A DNA stretch of 64,000 nt from Parachlamydiales bacterium (GCA_963765145.1 CAVXVG010000020.1:48168-112167), one strand, 5' to 3'. Positions 49,995 through 60,112 are shown, numbered from the stretch's first letter. The notes: generated by a model not told the origin, from the letters alone. Made by a program: numbers and translations.

Positions 49995-51137
49995 CTAAGG
50001 GATGCAAACGGTGATGGGCGCACTTTCGTTTGTATTTACATCAAAAGCGGTCACTGAATAGCAGGTGGTGACCCCTTTTGTTCTATTGTGGTCTTCGTAA
50101 GTGAAAGTAGAGCTGCTTACTGTGGCTATTAGTATGCCATTCCGATAGATGTTATACCCTGCAGCTGTTTCTAGTGGGTTTGCTTGCCAATTCAAGATAT
50201 TCACTACATCTGTTTGTAAGAGGTAAACGTTTTTGATTTGGCGCCCTGTCAGGCTGTTTGGAGAGGGTAAGGCATGGATAGCTATGCTTGTGGGATCTGG
50301 AATGGCAAGAGATGAAAGGAGGGTGGGCGTTTGGGGGAAGCCGCTGTTGATTGGGAAGGAATAAACGCCGCTGATATCAGAAGTTACAAAGATTGCGAAT
50401 CCATTGCTTGATGCTGCAAGGCCAGAAACTGATGTGCTAATGTTTGTCGCAGCTAAGAGAGGTGTGTCAGAAGGCGATGAAAGTGGCACACGCAAAACTT
50501 GGCCAATACTTCCAGCAGTTAACACGGATGAAAAATAAAGATACCCATCGCTTGAAATGGCAAGCCCAGCGACCGACCTATCTGCAAACGATTGCACAAG
50601 AGTTGCCGAATATGAGGTTGAATTTAATGACACGCTATAAATAGCAGAATGTTGAAAATCCCCTACGAAAGCATTAGAACCCTGAATAACAATAAAGAAT
50701 GGGTTCGCTATAACAGTTGCTGTCGCAGTGAGCATTGTTGCGGTATGAGGAAAAGAACCACCTAAAGGAAACGCATAAAGGCCGGGAGATGCAACGCCCG
50801 ATGCAATAAAGCCGGTTTGCCCATCAGTTGAAATGGCGATTCCTGCCGGAGTTGCAACATTAACCCCAAGAGCCGTAGGGGCGTAAGGTCCCGCGGCGGG
50901 AAAAGAATAAGCATCATCGCTAGTCAAGCTTGTTACATACACAGTTTGACCATCAGGCGAAAAAGTGATGGCTGCCGGATCTGAAATTGCTGTAGTCGCC
51001 GTTGCGGGTACGGAAGTATTTTGTGTGTTAAAGGCAAAAACTTCATTTCCGGCAAAGCTTGTGACAAAAGCTTGGTCTGCAAAAGCTGCACTAACAAGAC
51101 TACATGCGGTTATCAGTGTGCTTAAATGGTAAAACAT
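49995..51137 (-). CDS. exported beta-propeller (YncE-like) protein with C-terminal Fn3-like domain
   Basis: Signal peptide; P..I.FSPDGQTVYV repeats; GYNIYRNG...YEDHNR...YSVTAFD. Confidence 0.75.
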   Translation of the reverse strand: MFYHLSTLITACSLVSAAFADQAFVTSFAGNEVFAFNTQNTSVPATATTAISDPAAITFSPDGQTVYVTSLTSDDAYSFPAAGPYAPTALGVNVATPAGIAISTDGQTGFIASGVASPGLYAFPLGGSFPHTATMLTATATVIANPFFIVIQGSNAFVGDFQHSAIYSVSLNSTSYSATLVQSFADRSVAGLAISSDGYLYFSSVLTAGSIGQVLRVPLSSPSDTPLLAATNISTSVSGLAASSNGFAIFVTSDISGVYSFPINSGFPQTPTLLSSLAIPDPTSIAIHALPSPNSLTGRQIKNVYLLQTDVVNILNWQANPLETAAGYNIYRNGILIATVSSSTFTYEDHNRTKGVTTCYSVTAFDVNTNESAPITVCIP

Positions 51138-51272
51138 GATTATTTCTCCCTGAATCGGAAAAAATAACCATATCAGAATGAGGTTTTTCTGGAATTTTTA
51201 ACCCGGCATTAAGATTTCCTTAATAAATTATTTAATTTTATGTGGGATAATTAATGGTAATGAAGGAGATTT

Positions 51273-51578
51273 ATGGTTTATTCTATTAACATACCGACGA
51301 CATTTGCAGAAGCTGCAGCCGTGGCAAGCAGTGCCGCAAACGCTGCATATAAAGCTGGTTCAGCCGCAATGGATTATGCTCAGAACAATACAGCTACTGT
51401 AGCAGGTGTAGCATCTGGTGTTCTGTTTGTGGGGTCTTTAGCAGGGACGGTCTTGAGTCCGCCAAAGAATATAAGAGACATTAAACTTACTCTTCTTGGG
51501 GCTGCCCAAGTAGGTTCGTATGTTTTGGGTGCAGCAGCGCTCATTTTGAGTGATCAACAAGCCGCTAAGAAGAAATAG
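51273..51578 (+). CDS. small Ala-rich membrane protein (Inc-like)
   Basis: AAGGAG RBS; two hydrophobic segments. Confidence 0.55.
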   Translation: MVYSINIPTTFAEAAAVASSAANAAYKAGSAAMDYAQNNTATVAGVASGVLFVGSLAGTVLSPPKNIRDIKLTLLGAAQVGSYVLGAAALILSDQQAAKKK

Positions 51579-51583
51579 AAAAA

Positions 51584-52120
51584 GCCGGGCATAGGGTTTT
51601 TTTTAAGCTGCTTTTGGGGATATATAGGAGCCATCAAATCTTGTCCTCAAACAACATGGTTTTCTCGCGATAGCGTTTGGAGTGCTAAACTCCTGTTTAG
51701 CTTTGACTTTTTAGTGAGAGTGAAAGCTAAACAGGAGTTTAGCACGGCCTTGTTGCATAATTGTTCGCAACGTTTCTCTACTCCTGCAGCCTTACAGGCT
51801 GCCAATTTTATTCTCCAACTTAACCCGGGGCGTTGCCCGCGGGCTGTTGCAACTATCCGGCTTTCAGCCGGAAAATCCTAGCAATACAGGCTTTTCCCTT
51901 GGCCTGAAAGGCCAAAATTGCAACAGCCCGTGGGCAACGCCCCGGGTTTAGGATGAAACTTTATATGGCAGCCTGAAGGGCTGCAGGAGAAACGGGGAAT
52001 CACGTGCAATTATGCAACAAGGCCGTTTAGCACTCCAAACGCTACCGCGAAATTAATGCCAATTTTCACCTTAATTTTTTGAGCGTGAAATCAACTTAAA
52101 TCAGCCCCCTAGGCCCGGCC
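51584..52120. repeat. nested palindromic / MITE cluster
   Basis: Four concentric pairs of inverted repeats (see findings). Confidence 0.8.
51746..52024. mobile_element. 279-bp MITE with IS903-like ends
   Basis: Perfect 18-bp TIR GGCCTTGTTGCATAATTG; 9-bp target duplication GTTTAGCAC at 51737-51745 and 52025-52033. Confidence 0.85.
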
Positions 52121-52125
52121 CTTTT

Positions 52126-52632
52126 TTAATATCTGATTCTATCTGGCATATCGTGGTATTGCTTCCAAATCTCAACAGCTTCAGGCCGCAAGATCTGCGT
52201 GTATTTGATCTGGCGATCTTCGGGCTCTTTGCGTAGTTCTGCCAAATAGTTAACGTCGGCAAAATCTCCGTAGGTAAGAGCATCTTGGAACGTAGAGGCA
52301 TAAAAAATCGTGTCGATATGAGCCCAATAGGCTGCACAAAGGCACATAGGGCAACATTCGGCACTTGTGTAAAGGGTGCATCCTTTTAAATGGAAGACGC
52401 CAAGTTTTTTGCAAGCATCGCGGATGGCGCAAATTTCTGCATGAGCTGTAGGGTCATTGTTAGAGACCACACGGTTATATCCCTCGCCCACGATCTGCCC
52501 TTCTTCATTGACAATCACAGCCCCAAATACACCACCTGTTTTCTCGATGATTGAACCCTGTTTACTCAGTTCAATCGCCCTTTTCATGAATTCTTCATGC
52601 TCTTTTTGCGTCAATATTTTACGACGATTCAT
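52126..52632 (-). CDS. guaD: nucleoside/guanine deaminase (CDA superfamily, GuaD-like)
   Basis: GGVFGAVIV, NDPTAHAE, LYTSAECCPMCLCAAYWA. Confidence 0.8.
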   Translation of the reverse strand: MNRRKILTQKEHEEFMKRAIELSKQGSIIEKTGGVFGAVIVNEEGQIVGEGYNRVVSNNDPTAHAEICAIRDACKKLGVFHLKGCTLYTSAECCPMCLCAAYWAHIDTIFYASTFQDALTYGDFADVNYLAELRKEPEDRQIKYTQILRPEAVEIWKQYHDMPDRIRY

Positions 52633-52671
52633 TAGCTTCCTTTAGAACGATCGTTATTCCTGCACGTTCTT

Positions 52672-53886
52672 TTACTTTTGTACGGGATAAAAATGGATAT
52701 ACCACGCATTTTGTTTCGATACAAAACGTCCGTCAAGCTCTATCCGTGCAACATTATGGAGCTTATGATAAAGCCCTCTGCTTAGCCTGTCTCTGTCTAC
52801 GCTCCAAGACAGTGTGTTTAAACTGATGTCTTTAGAAGGTGTTTCTTTAAAAGATTGAAAATGATTCGTTAGAACTTCGCCTATCTCGATGATGTCATCC
52901 AGCATGATAGTTTTCGGATTGAAATAGTTATTTTCATTTCCGCTATCGGTTGAAGACCGGCCGTGCTTTTTTTGGAAGATATCAATGTAGATTGCCGCTA
53001 TTCGATCTCCAATTTCTCTAAGGAGATATCCCTCACCATTAAGTTTTGTTTTATTGAATTTTTCTTGGCCAATAAATGAACGGGGTTGTGGAGGAATGGA
53101 GTAATATTGATCGAGTAGTGGATCCAATGAGTCGCCACGTATATATTGAGCCAATATGCCATTTGGAAATGCAGTCACGATTTTGCTGATTGGCAATGCT
53201 AATCGTATGATCTGTAAAGGGTCTTTTTCGTTGCCTCTTGTTGAGCCAAGGTGCAAAGCCACCATATTTCCTGATGGATTGAGGTAGGCCCCCCCTGCCG
53301 ATCCTAAGTCTGTATCATGACTAACAACTAGTCGTGAGAAAAATTCATTAGTTACCTGAGTTGTTTGGTTTATCGATAATTTTAGAGGTTTACTCAAGGG
53401 GTGGTGCAACAAAGCTACTGTATTTGAGATCACTTCTTTGCTGTCCGGCTTTAAATGTCCATGGATAAGTCCCGGTTGTCCATCTAGTTTAATGATCGCA
53501 TAATTGAGCCCCTGATCATGTGCGATCACCTCGCAGACGTTGTAACTCATACTTGGATGGTGAGTGTTATCTTCACAGACATAGCCAAAATTGGCTCGCA
53601 ATTCTCTTACATCTACATCATCAATGCAGTGGCAGGGAATCATGGCCAGATTGAGAGAAATTAAAGAACAATTCCCCAAGTGCTTTGAGTTGTGACTCAT
53701 AGTACCTACTGCTTTAGCAAAAGGTCTCAAAATCTCTAAAGAAATGCCTGCTACAGTACTGGTAGCGGTTTGTTCTCCTTTTATAGCATCCAGCACATTG
53801 GTTTGGCTCAACTGACCAATTCTGAAATGTGTCGGTGACAAGCTGCCACTGCTGCTAACGGGTGAAAAGCCGGAGCTCATTCTCAT
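52672..53886 (-). CDS. trypsin-like peptidase domain protein with unrelated C-terminal domain
   Basis: IPCHCI (His), LNYAII (Asp position is Asn), LLHHP, HDTDLGSAGG (Ser), VALHLG. Confidence 0.7.
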   Translation of the reverse strand: MRMSSGFSPVSSSGSLSPTHFRIGQLSQTNVLDAIKGEQTATSTVAGISLEILRPFAKAVGTMSHNSKHLGNCSLISLNLAMIPCHCIDDVDVRELRANFGYVCEDNTHHPSMSYNVCEVIAHDQGLNYAIIKLDGQPGLIHGHLKPDSKEVISNTVALLHHPLSKPLKLSINQTTQVTNEFFSRLVVSHDTDLGSAGGAYLNPSGNMVALHLGSTRGNEKDPLQIIRLALPISKIVTAFPNGILAQYIRGDSLDPLLDQYYSIPPQPRSFIGQEKFNKTKLNGEGYLLREIGDRIAAIYIDIFQKKHGRSSTDSGNENNYFNPKTIMLDDIIEIGEVLTNHFQSFKETPSKDISLNTLSWSVDRDRLSRGLYHKLHNVARIELDGRFVSKQNAWYIHFYPVQK

Positions 53887-54032
53887 TCTCCTTCTGGTGC
53901 TTCTGCATGAAGATTAACAATTTACCATTACCCTATTTTTTTGCGACCCCAAATTAAAAGGCTTTTATAAAATTGACTGGAAAAATTCGCATTGTTAATG
54001 TGGCTTTTTATTTTGCAAATAGCGGAGAGCAA

Positions 54033-54345
54033 AATGGTGTTAATACAAGTGGGTACTTCAGTTACCTATACAGCTCAGAACACAAATCAAGAAAGAAACG
54101 TTAAGTTTTTCAGAGACAATCTAGGTGATCGTAAGACAATAGAAGCGCGTGTTTACACATTAGCATCAGATACGTATCTGTTTACTGTTAAGGGAGACCA
54201 TTGTTTTGTGGGCTCTACAAAGCTATCCGAGTATTTGAATCAGAATATTTTTTTGAACTCTAAAAAGACTGCTAGAGAAGAAATAAGCGGTGTGGAAAAG
54301 CGTTTGTTTTTTACATACATTGTCGGATCGCTAGAAGCTCAATAG
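54033..54345 (+). CDS. hypothetical protein
   Basis: Short ORF with GGAG upstream of ATG 54033. Confidence 0.4.
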
Positions 54346-54362
54346 TAGGGTCGAAACAATTC

Positions 54363-55169
54363 ATGCGACAGACAAGATGGGTTTTTATAGCGATTTTTTT
54401 TGTGGTATCTCTTTTATCAAGCTTTGATCTTGGAAGTACGATAAACCGGATGACCACGATCGGGTCGGTCATTTCGTTGTTTTTTGCTTCTTGTTTGCAT
54501 GGGCTGCAAAGATACGGTGCTAAGAACACGTTTGTTTTTTTCGCCATCACTTGGGTTGTCAGTCTTTTTTTTGAAGCATTAAGCATCCAAGTGGGATTTC
54601 CATTTGGTCACTATTTTTATGATAAAATGGCTGGGCCAAGGCTTTTCCAAGTGCCCCTTCTCATTATGCTAGGCTATTTTGGCATGGCCTATCTCTCTTG
54701 GGTATTGTCGACTATCTTGCTGCGGCGGTATGGTCAACGGCTTTTAGGAGGCAGCCTATTTCTTGTCCCCCTTGTGGCCACATTTATCATGGTGATGTGG
54801 GATGTTGGAATGGATCCAGTTTCTTCTACCATCGATTCTCTGTGGGTTTGGAAAGGGGGTGGAGCCTACTTTGGTGTGCCATTACAAAATTATTTCGGCT
54901 GGTTTCTGACCCTTTTCGTCATTTTCCAAATCTTCGCCATTTATATTTCCAGACAGGACGATAAAAAAGGATCTCTTGGAAAAAGCTTTTGGGCGGAAGC
55001 TATCGTTTTGTATGGGATACAAGGTCTTTTTCAAGTCGTTGCTCCTTTTACAATGGCTGATCATCTAGAGATTTATGGTTCTATGGCGATGGTGACTATC
55101 TTTACGATGCTGTTTGTCACGCTGCTTTCTTCTATTACGCTTAAAGAAGAGGCTATTACCTTTTTATGA
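54363..55169 (+). CDS. carotenoid biosynthesis family (CruF/DUF422) membrane protein
   Basis: E...GFPFGHYFY, VPL, WDVGMDP, W.W..GG.YFGVPLQNYFGW. Confidence 0.8.
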   Translation: MRQTRWVFIAIFFVVSLLSSFDLGSTINRMTTIGSVISLFFASCLHGLQRYGAKNTFVFFAITWVVSLFFEALSIQVGFPFGHYFYDKMAGPRLFQVPLLIMLGYFGMAYLSWVLSTILLRRYGQRLLGGSLFLVPLVATFIMVMWDVGMDPVSSTIDSLWVWKGGGAYFGVPLQNYFGWFLTLFVIFQIFAIYISRQDDKKGSLGKSFWAEAIVLYGIQGLFQVVAPFTMADHLEIYGSMAMVTIFTMLFVTLLSSITLKEEAITFL

Positions 55170-55548
55170 TGACACAGAGGTTAGGGTAAAAGTGGATCGA
55201 ATCGATTTGCGCTTGATAGGTGTTTAAGGTCTTTTTCAGGTCTGGGGAGATTTTGTTAAAATCTGCACAGATGGTCATGCCGGAGGTGTAATTTAAGTCA
55301 TCCACAAGTTCTTTTAGAAATTCTATGCAGGTTCCTGAACCCGGAACTGCCTTCCCAATTTTTCCATGTCCGCCACAGGCCAATGCTAAAGTGTCAAGAT
55401 ATCTATAGGCTGCAAGATCGCGTGTGTTTAATTTTGCCTCTAAGGGTAAACAAAAGGGCAGAAAAAATATTAGAAATGGCAGAAATCTATAAACATAAGA
55501 ACCTTGAAAAACAAAGCGATAGTCGGCGATTTTGGCCGATTTTTGCAA
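55156..55548 (-). CDS. hypothetical protein, possibly exported
   Basis: 130-aa ORF with internal signal-like segment; start uncertain. Confidence 0.4.
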   Translation of the reverse strand: MQKSAKIADYRFVFQGSYVYRFLPFLIFFLPFCLPLEAKLNTRDLAAYRYLDTLALACGGHGKIGKAVPGSGTCIEFLKELVDDLNYTSGMTICADFNKISPDLKKTLNTYQAQIDSIHFYPNLCVIIKR

Positions 55549-55555
55549 GATGCTT

Positions 55556-56263
55556 TTATTTAAGGGCTAGCTTCACGAATGCGCTGTGATTGGCATATAG
55601 GTTTTCGAGCGCCTCGTTGATGGGGATCCAACGGGCTGAAAGGGCGTCGTCGCCAGCTGTAAGTGTGGATTGAGCGCTTTGTTCCGGCGTAAGATGGAGG
55701 TGAGAGGCTGTTGTTTCTATCCATGCATTATCGGTGTTGCGAGGGTCGTCAACATAGCCTTGATAAACAATGCGTGCTTCTGAAAAGTCGAGGGTAAGAC
55801 CTGCTTCTTCTTCAAGCTCTCGTGTGAGAGTATGTGTAACCCGTTCTCCTTTATCGACCATTCCGCCAGGCAAAGCCCATTGTTGGCAATCTTTTCGCAG
55901 AATGACGAGTAGTTCAAGTTGATCTGTTTCAGGGTTAATGCGAGTTACAATAGGGTCTGCAGCGTAATTTGGGCCCCATTTTCCTAAAAGGCCCCTTCCT
56001 TTAATCCCGGTTCTCCCTTCTATATTAAGGGGGTGGATAGAGACCTCTTCAGGTTCTGCCCAAGAAGGTTGCTTAAGGACTATTGGCGAGACATAGTAGG
56101 GGGGATTGTAACCGGGAAAATCGACACTCCATGAAACAAAAGGATCGGGAACTAATTCCCTTTCAGGATATTCTGAAGGCTTTTCAAAACGAGCTTTGTA
56201 GTGCAAACATTCACCGTGCAAACAGGTTAAAGATAAAAGTAGGGCATAGAGGAGTCGAATCAT
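55556..56263 (-). CDS. NUDT9-like ADP-ribose pyrophosphatase (Nudix)
   Basis: GRTGIKGRGLLGKWGPNYAADPIVTR, WALPGGMVD..E.....RELEEEA, YVDDPRNTDNAWIET, AGDDA, LYANH. Confidence 0.88.
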   Translation of the reverse strand: MIRLLYALLLSLTCLHGECLHYKARFEKPSEYPERELVPDPFVSWSVDFPGYNPPYYVSPIVLKQPSWAEPEEVSIHPLNIEGRTGIKGRGLLGKWGPNYAADPIVTRINPETDQLELLVILRKDCQQWALPGGMVDKGERVTHTLTRELEEEAGLTLDFSEARIVYQGYVDDPRNTDNAWIETTASHLHLTPEQSAQSTLTAGDDALSARWIPINEALENLYANHSAFVKLALK

Positions 56264-56451
56264 GTTACATTTTAGATTATAGATTTAAGCAAATCTTTCC
56301 GCTATTGAGAAGTTTTTGTCCATTTGCGACTTTGGCTGAAGCTCCAGATTTTCTTGCCTGTTGAAATAGAGGGAGATAGGCTTTTAGATTGAATTGGAAA
56401 GGGAATTTCACTATAAAAGTCTTTAATTTTTTAACCCCTGGAAGGGTATTT

Positions 56452-58551
56452 ATGAAACGAATTTTCTTCTTCATGGCGGCTTGCATGATCGCAGGAAGCC
56501 CCACGCTGTCAGCGCAGCAAGTGCTTGTTACTTCTGGGCCTTTGGATCCAACAGGCGAATTAGATGGGGTGCTCTTTAATTCAGGCGGATTGACTTTGTC
56601 GGTGAACACGGGCATTCAGAACATCAATACCAGTAATCAGCCTACAGGCGCTATTGTAACAGCGGCTGCAAACGATGATGTTGTTTTTACTATAACCTCA
56701 GGAACCTCAACCGTTACGGGGGCAGTAGGTGTTGCTGGAGCCGGCGCTGTAAACAATATTGCAGGGGGACTTGGAACCTCGGCAATCATATTTAACGGCC
56801 AAACCGTTGCAACTACTTTTAATATTACAGGCAACGGGACAATGCAATTCAACGCGCTCGCAAATGGTGCATTGAATTACAACACTAACGGCATTCTAAA
56901 CGTTGGCACAGGTCAAACGTTCACCGGAGCTTTAACCAATTCAGGTGCAAACACCGGCATACTGACACTGAATGGTGCTAGTACACAGAATGGTGCAGTT
57001 GCAGTTGGATCAAGCCCTTTAAATCAGGTGAATGCCTTAGTTGGAAATGCGACGATTATCGGGGCAACAAGTGCTACTAATTTTTCGCTAAACACCAACA
57101 CACTGTCTATAATAGGTGCATTAGCGCTGCCGGTGAACTCTGTCATCAATACGACAGTTGTTTCCAATGCGCTTTTTGGAAATGTAAGCCTAGGTTCGCA
57201 TGATGATGAGATAGCAGCGCCTGTTGTCACAGTCAATGTCAGCGTGCCTTCAACCGCATTGCTGTCAAGCGCTCCCTTATTTGTGGTAAGTGCAGGGTCC
57301 GGATCGAGCGGTGTCCCTATTCTTGTTACAAGCAATAACCCTCGTTACACATTCGTTGGGCTTAATTTAAATGGTAATATCGAAATCTTCCCGACTCTTA
57401 TTCCGACGAAAGCGATTGTGACAAATCCGGCTGTAGGAGCTGTGGGATCTACCATAGATAATTTGGTTACTATAGCAGCAGCTAATCCAGGAACCGACTT
57501 AGCTTTTGTTGTATCACAGCTGCTAGCATTGTCTCCGGCTGCTTTAGAAAATGCACTGTTGCAGATCGCCCCTGCTTCAGGGCTTGTTGGCGTTGCCCAA
57601 GAAAGTTTTCATGCCACTAGACAATTTCAAAGGGTGTGGTTAGAAAACTTGCAGCGGAACCGATACTATTGCCTTCAAGACCCGTGCTGCAATCCTGCTG
57701 GCGAAATCTATGCTGGGCCAAGAGTGTGGGTAGATGGTTTCGGCTACTATGGACACCAAGACAATAAAGATAACTTAAATGGGTATAGAGCCAACACATG
57801 GGGCGGTGTGCTTGCATATGAGATCCCTATCCTATGCGGTTTAAGAGCAGGTATTGGTGGCGGTATTGCTTATACCGATTTGAATGAGAGAGAATTTGGT
57901 AATAAAACCGAAATCCACAACTATCAAGCGACCCTTTACTTCACATACGACACAAATCCTTGGTTTGTTGATGGTGGTTTTTCTTTGGGATGGGACCGTT
58001 TTGACGGAACACGTCACATCGTCTTTCCTGGAGTCGACCGTACAGCACATGCTAAGTACAATGGCAGAGAATACTCTGCATTTGTAGCAACCGGTTATCG
58101 TTATTACTACGATTGCTTTGAGATCACCCCTCTAGCTACATTGTTGTACTCCCATTTGAATATTGATGATTACACAGAAACCGGTGCTATCTCTCTTAAT
58201 CAGTATGTTGACAAGCAGCGTTATAATTTCACCGAGTCTGGCCTTGGATTAAAGTTGGCCTATCTCTACAACACCAGCTGCGGTTTCTTCATTCCTGAAG
58301 TACACTCTCTCTGGTTGTACGATTATAACGAGACTGGCTTGTTTGCTAATTCCTCATTTACAGGCATTGGCGCAGCTGCAGGAACTTATCCGAACAGAGG
58401 ACCAAGAATTGATCGAAATACATGGAACATAGGTGGAAGCTTGACTTTCATGACTGACTGCATGTTTACAGTGCAGGTGTTCTACGATTACGAGAGGAGC
58501 AAAACCTACTTCGATCACCAAGGGATGGTGGAGTTAGCTATAGATTTTTAG
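56452..58551 (+). CDS. autotransporter outer-membrane protein
   Basis: Signal peptide, Gly/Asn/Thr-rich beta-helical passenger, C-terminal barrel (VWVDGFG...YTETGA...), terminal F. Confidence 0.88.
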   Translation: MKRIFFFMAACMIAGSPTLSAQQVLVTSGPLDPTGELDGVLFNSGGLTLSVNTGIQNINTSNQPTGAIVTAAANDDVVFTITSGTSTVTGAVGVAGAGAVNNIAGGLGTSAIIFNGQTVATTFNITGNGTMQFNALANGALNYNTNGILNVGTGQTFTGALTNSGANTGILTLNGASTQNGAVAVGSSPLNQVNALVGNATIIGATSATNFSLNTNTLSIIGALALPVNSVINTTVVSNALFGNVSLGSHDDEIAAPVVTVNVSVPSTALLSSAPLFVVSAGSGSSGVPILVTSNNPRYTFVGLNLNGNIEIFPTLIPTKAIVTNPAVGAVGSTIDNLVTIAAANPGTDLAFVVSQLLALSPAALENALLQIAPASGLVGVAQESFHATRQFQRVWLENLQRNRYYCLQDPCCNPAGEIYAGPRVWVDGFGYYGHQDNKDNLNGYRANTWGGVLAYEIPILCGLRAGIGGGIAYTDLNEREFGNKTEIHNYQATLYFTYDTNPWFVDGGFSLGWDRFDGTRHIVFPGVDRTAHAKYNGREYSAFVATGYRYYYDCFEITPLATLLYSHLNIDDYTETGAISLNQYVDKQRYNFTESGLGLKLAYLYNTSCGFFIPEVHSLWLYDYNETGLFANSSFTGIGAAAGTYPNRGPRIDRNTWNIGGSLTFMTDCMFTVQVFYDYERSKTYFDHQGMVELAIDF

Positions 58552-58578
58552 AGATCAACTTTCTTTAGAATATCAAGG

Positions 58579-58617
58579 ATATGGCCAATTTAAGCTGTCA
58601 GCTTAAATTGGCCATAT
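58579..58617. repeat. perfect palindrome with 19-bp arms
   Basis: ATATGGCCAATTTAAGCTG-t-CAGCTTAAATTGGCCATAT. Confidence 0.85.
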
Positions 58618-58679
58618 TTGCATTAAGGCAACTCCTTGCTCTTCTTTGATCCTAAGGCGACAAAAAGCCGCATGGCGAC

Positions 58680-59513
58680 ATGAAAAACCTTTTAAAAAAA
58701 ATTCAAAATAGATTAGGCCTTATTTTTATAAGGGAAAAAATGAAAACTGATTCTAATGCTTTTCTTTCAAACTATGAAAAAATCTATGGAGCCGGTCATT
58801 TGCCTCCGGGGAAATCGGTTCCCTATTTTACGGCAGGTGAGATCTTTGAGCTAACATTTTTGGAAAAGTTTAGAAAAGTATTAATGGGTATTCCCGGAAA
58901 AAGTGCAGGGGACCTGATTAGAAAGTTCCTTGTGGAAGTTCCGTTAATAAAAGTGACTTTTTCAGACCAACATACCATCGTTTCTTATTCACAATCAGAG
59001 CCAGATGTTTGTCATGGGGTGAAGGATGTTTCGAAGGAAACTGTAGAGATTATTCAACAAGCAAAGCTTATCGCGTTGAACCGTTGTGGAAAAGAGCTAG
59101 GGCTTACTGGTACACATGAATTTACCATGGGTTCTATCAGGTATAAATTGCCTCATGGAAAGCGTATGGATCCCCTTTGGTGGCATAGAGATTTAGCTAG
59201 CTGGTCAATGGTGATCATGACAGACGACCCAAATGATGATAACGGTTGGGAGGGAGGAGACATAGAGCTTGCACCCATTAAAATGGTTACTGATGGGTTG
59301 AAAACAAAAGACGAACCTGTTGCAGAGCAAGCAGTTGTGCTTCGTCATCTCTTTAATTCCGCTATATTTTTTAATAATTACGGAACACTGCATCGGGTTG
59401 TTGCTTTGGAGGGACGTCATAAGCCTGGCACTCCTGAACCGAAAGAACCTGTAAGCTATCGGACCATTTGGACAGTGTTTGTAATGGACAAAAACGTAAC
59501 CTGGAGTCCATAG
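58680..59513 (+). CDS. 2OG-Fe(II) oxygenase superfamily protein
   Basis: WHRD (HxD), WEGGD, LHRV distal His, downstream R. Confidence 0.65.
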   Translation: MKNLLKKIQNRLGLIFIREKMKTDSNAFLSNYEKIYGAGHLPPGKSVPYFTAGEIFELTFLEKFRKVLMGIPGKSAGDLIRKFLVEVPLIKVTFSDQHTIVSYSQSEPDVCHGVKDVSKETVEIIQQAKLIALNRCGKELGLTGTHEFTMGSIRYKLPHGKRMDPLWWHRDLASWSMVIMTDDPNDDNGWEGGDIELAPIKMVTDGLKTKDEPVAEQAVVLRHLFNSAIFFNNYGTLHRVVALEGRHKPGTPEPKEPVSYRTIWTVFVMDKNVTWSP

Positions 59514-59553
59514 GAACACTAACTGAAGCGATCAACTCGAAGAAGAAATCATC

Positions 59554-60046
59554 CTAATGGATGGTGCCTCCGGTAAGGGTGCCGACGATTTTGGAGGTAC
59601 CGTTTAGGTTAACGATGCCGTTACCCGAATTGAAGGTGAGATTGCCGTTGACAACGGTGTTGTAAAGCTCAACTGTTCCGAAGCGGTTAATGTCGCCCCC
59701 ATCTTCGATTTGGATATATTTGTAGTGGAATTGCGAAGGACAAGCCGTGGGTTTCCAGATCCATCGATTTTTGAAATGTAGACCCTTCTGCCTCTAAAAA
59801 CCCTTCGACGAGTACCTGCCCGGTAAAAGTACAGTTTTTAATGTTGGCTCTGCCTTGAAGCTCTAACGTACGGAAAGTGGAGTTGGTAGCATCAAAGGTG
59901 CCTGCAACGTTTGTTTCATTTTGAACGGTGCAGTTGATCACTTTCAAGGGCCCTTGGTGGCTGATCGAGTCGAGGGTTTGCCCTTCATAGGTTTTAATCC
60001 CTGCTGTTTGTGCAAGCAAAAGTAAGCAGATGGCAAGTTGAAACAT
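59554..60046 (-). CDS. exported beta-solenoid-like hypothetical protein, frameshifted near 59700-59740
   Basis: ATG 60046 with AGGAG RBS and signal peptide; an alternative frame continues GDINRFGTVELYNTVVNGNLTFNSGNG...GGTIH to TAG at 59554. Confidence 0.55.
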
Positions 60047-60112
60047 AAGATCTCCTAAAAGAGCTAGATTTAACAGAAATGGCCTTTTTCGAGTAAAAGG
60101 AAGGTAACAAAT

